Assembly: GCA_963727625.1 (NCBI GenBank)
Contig: CAVSHR010000003.1
Span: 64,001 to 128,000, forward strand
Direction of reading: 5' to 3'
DNA from: an uncultured delta proteobacterium
Lineage (GTDB): Bacteria; Desulfobacterota; Binatia; UBA9968
Length of the DNA: 64,000 bases
Below, one piece after another: positions 61,816 to 64,000 of this stretch. Under the pieces are notes generated by a model, which ran no database searches, was not told the DNA's origin, and saw only the letters and a list, made by a program, of their open reading frames with translations. The translations under genes and the position numbers were made by a program. Position 1 is the stretch's first letter. Each line of letters begins with the position of its first letter.

Positions 61816-62833
61816 TTACGGCGCCTGCGAGCCGGTAGAGTAACGCCTCCGTTTCCTTGAACCCAAGACAGGCATCGGTGATGCTCTGACCGTACGTTAC
61901 GGGTGCATCCTGACGCCCGGCGACGAGGTGGCTCTCGATCATTAGCGCGCGAACGGGCGAATCTTTAACGTTCGCCATGATCGCTTCGGCTACCTCGATC
62001 TGCCGGGCCTCATCCTTCTCGCTATTGCCATGGCTGCAGTCCACCATGAGAACCTCGGGAAGCCCGGCCGCGCGAAGCAGCCGGATCGCGCTTTGGATAG
62101 AGGCAGCATCGAAGTTGGGCCCGGTCTCACTGCCGCCGCGAAGCACCAAATGAGCGTAGGGATTGCCAGTGGTTTCCAGGATGGCCGGTGCGCCTTCCTT
62201 GGTGAGGGATGGGAACAGGTGTCGACTGCGCGCCGCCAGTATTCCATCCACGGCTACCTGGACGTTTCCGTCCGTGCGGTTCTTGATGCCGACCGGCATG
62301 GATAAACCCGACGCCAGCTCTCGGTGTATTTGGCTCTCCGCGGTGCGGGCTCCGATCGCGCCCCAGCTGATCAGGTCGGCATAGAACTGGCCAAAGGTCG
62401 TGTCGAGAAACTCGGTTCCGGCGGGGACCCCGAGCTCGAGAAGATCGGCGAGCAATTGCCGAGCCAAGCGCAGGCCTTTGTTGATTTGGTAGGACTCATT
62501 TAGGTCCGGATCGTTGATGAGTCCCTTCCAGCCCACCACCGTGCGCGGCTTTTCGAAGTAGACGCGCATGACCACGAGCAGCGCATCGGATAGGGTGTCT
62601 GCGGCGGCCTTGAGTTTGGTTGCGTACTCGAGCGCGGCCTTGGTGTCGTGTACGGAGCAAGGCCCGACGACTACCAGGAGCCGCGCATCCTTGCCGTCGA
62701 GAATCGCTTCGATCGCTCGGCGGGTTTCGTATACTGTTGTTGACGCGCTGTCGGTGAGGGGGATCTCCTCGGCAAGGATGGCCGGCGCAAGCAGTGGCCG
62801 GGTTTTGACGATACGTAGATCGTCAGTCTTCAT
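61793..62833 (-). CDS. 3-deoxy-7-phosphoheptulonate (DAHP) synthase, class I-alpha (AroF/G/H type)
   Basis: GPCSVHD, RVYFEKPRT, WGAIGART, DCSHGNS, YGQSITDAC. Confidence 0.95.
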   Translation of the reverse strand: MKTDDLRIVKTRPLLAPAILAEEIPLTDSASTTVYETRRAIEAILDGKDARLLVVVGPCSVHDTKAALEYATKLKAAADTLSDALLVVMRVYFEKPRTVVGWKGLINDPDLNESYQINKGLRLARQLLADLLELGVPAGTEFLDTTFGQFYADLISWGAIGARTAESQIHRELASGLSMPVGIKNRTDGNVQVAVDGILAARSRHLFPSLTKEGAPAILETTGNPYAHLVLRGGSETGPNFDAASIQSAIRLLRAAGLPEVLMVDCSHGNSEKDEARQIEVAEAIMANVKDSPVRALMIESHLVAGRQDAPVTYGQSITDACLGFKETEALLYRLAGAVSTPRFKP

Positions 62834-62876
62834 AAAATCTCTCGCCTCAGCGGGCCGGGACTTCCACAACAACTGA

Positions 62877-63785
62877 TTACGGTTTAAGTCGCGGTAGCAC
62901 GTTCTCGCCGAATAAATCCAACTGTCTCGGATCAGGATCGGCGAGGCCAATGATCAGCGTATCCAGACCTCTGGAGAAAAACGCTCCGATTCGGTCTACG
63001 ACAGCTGTGGGCGGTCCGACCAGAGACGTGTTGGCCACGTCCGCGCGTAGGCGTCCGTAGTAGCGCACGACGTAGTCTTCGACCGTTTTCACGGCCTTGG
63101 CTTGGTCGTCGCCGATCGCCATGAAAGTCAGCCCCGCCTTGGTGATCTTATCGGGATTTCTTCCAGCGGCCTTGGCGTAGCCGCTGACTTTTTCCCAGGT
63201 GGTCGGAAAGTCCGGGATCGCTGAGCTGCCGCAGATGAAACCATCGGCCCAGGTGCCGGCGCGTTTGAGAGCGGTTTCGGCGCTGCCGCCGGTCCAGATC
63301 GGCGGATGGGGTTTCTGTACCGGACGAGGACCTATGGTAAGATTTTCCACGTTAAAAAATTTGCCCTTGTGCGTGACGTTATCTTCGGTCCAAAGGCGCT
63401 TCATCAGTTGCACCTGCTCGACCGCCCTGCTGCCTCTGTGCTCGTAGGGAATCTCCACCGCTTTGTAATCGCTCTCCCGGCTGCCGAAGCCGAGGCCGAG
63501 GGTGACCCGGCCGTTGGAGATGAAATCCAGCGTCGCGACGATCTTGGCGAGATGGCTGGGATGGCGCAGGTTGCCTAGCAAAACGGAGGTGCCGAGGCGA
63601 ATGTTTTGCGTGGCGCCTGCCGCGGCGGCCAATATCGTCAGGGGTTCGAGATTATCGTAAGCGATGCGATCGATGGTCCACATGGAGTGGCAGCCCATCG
63701 CCTCGCACTTCTTGGCGAAGTTGATGACATTCTCCGGTTTGGTGAGCGGCGCGGGATTGACCCAGGCGAGACCGATGTTGGCCAT
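62877..63785 (-). CDS. LLM-class (luciferase-like) flavin-dependent oxidoreductase
   Basis: IRLGTSVL, TLDFISNGR, PRPVQKPHPPIWTGG. Confidence 0.92.
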   Translation of the reverse strand: MANIGLAWVNPAPLTKPENVINFAKKCEAMGCHSMWTIDRIAYDNLEPLTILAAAAGATQNIRLGTSVLLGNLRHPSHLAKIVATLDFISNGRVTLGLGFGSRESDYKAVEIPYEHRGSRAVEQVQLMKRLWTEDNVTHKGKFFNVENLTIGPRPVQKPHPPIWTGGSAETALKRAGTWADGFICGSSAIPDFPTTWEKVSGYAKAAGRNPDKITKAGLTFMAIGDDQAKAVKTVEDYVVRYYGRLRADVANTSLVGPPTAVVDRIGAFFSRGLDTLIIGLADPDPRQLDLFGENVLPRLKP

Positions 63786-63813
63786 TTGTTTCTCCTTAAG
63801 CTTGTGCAGTATG

Positions 63814-63849
63814 GCGGTTTAAATCGTTTAAAACGTTCAAGCGGTTCAA
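63814..63849. repeat. Tandem 9-mer repeat, same family as 8124-8169
   Basis: Reverse strand reads ttgaaccgc ttgaacgtt ttaaacgat ttaaaccgc. Confidence 0.7.
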
Positions 63850-63946
63850 CACGTCCGGTCAGAGCAAAATAGACCAGGCAGTGAGCCCTTTTCAAGGATT
63901 ACCGTCTGAGATATACCGACGCCATAGCACCCAAGGAGGGCAAACG

Positions 63947-64000
63947 ATGGAATCTTCGACATTTAAACTAAAAACCCCGCACATCACCAACGGACGGAGC
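63947..64000 (+). CDS. N-terminus of an unidentified gene running off the window
   Basis: AAGGAGG RBS then MESSTFKLKTPHITNGRS. Confidence 0.6.
   Translation, partial: MESSTFKLKTPHITNGRS

Overview
The window is a 64 kb GC-rich bacterial chromosome segment. Its gene style resembles Deltaproteobacteria/Binatota-like soil or groundwater genomes (inference): many amidohydrolases, orphan substrate-binding proteins (SBPs), a split F0F1 operon preceded by bactofilin, and short intergenic heptamer/nonamer repeats. Metabolic blocks are amidohydrolase/SBP genes (1-13 kb), an amino-acid ABC transporter, an aldehyde dehydrogenase/benzoate-CoA ligase/class II aldolase operon, msrA plus a trehalose cluster, atpF'-F-H-A-G-D-C followed directly by a cupin/EutA-like/2xDMT/cupin module, a DAHP synthase and an LLM oxidoreductase. 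The most unusual part is ~9-24 kb, a toxin-antitoxin/defence hotspot with no integrase. It holds several intact and decayed TA modules, McrBC and a stand-alone ART-PolyVal-like ADP-ribosyltransferase domain. Its cargo blocks are separated by repeated, diverged copies of the 3' end of a membrane hydrolase gene (3 copies, near-invariant ~45 bp core) and of an HNH nuclease gene (3 copies). The same duplicated-3'-end signature brackets the DAHP synthase gene near 62 kb, and the neighbouring lipoprotein gene carries integron attC-like core-site remnants. No rRNA, tRNA, CRISPR array, integrase or intact transposase was recognised. All family assignments come from motif recognition by eye, not database searches.
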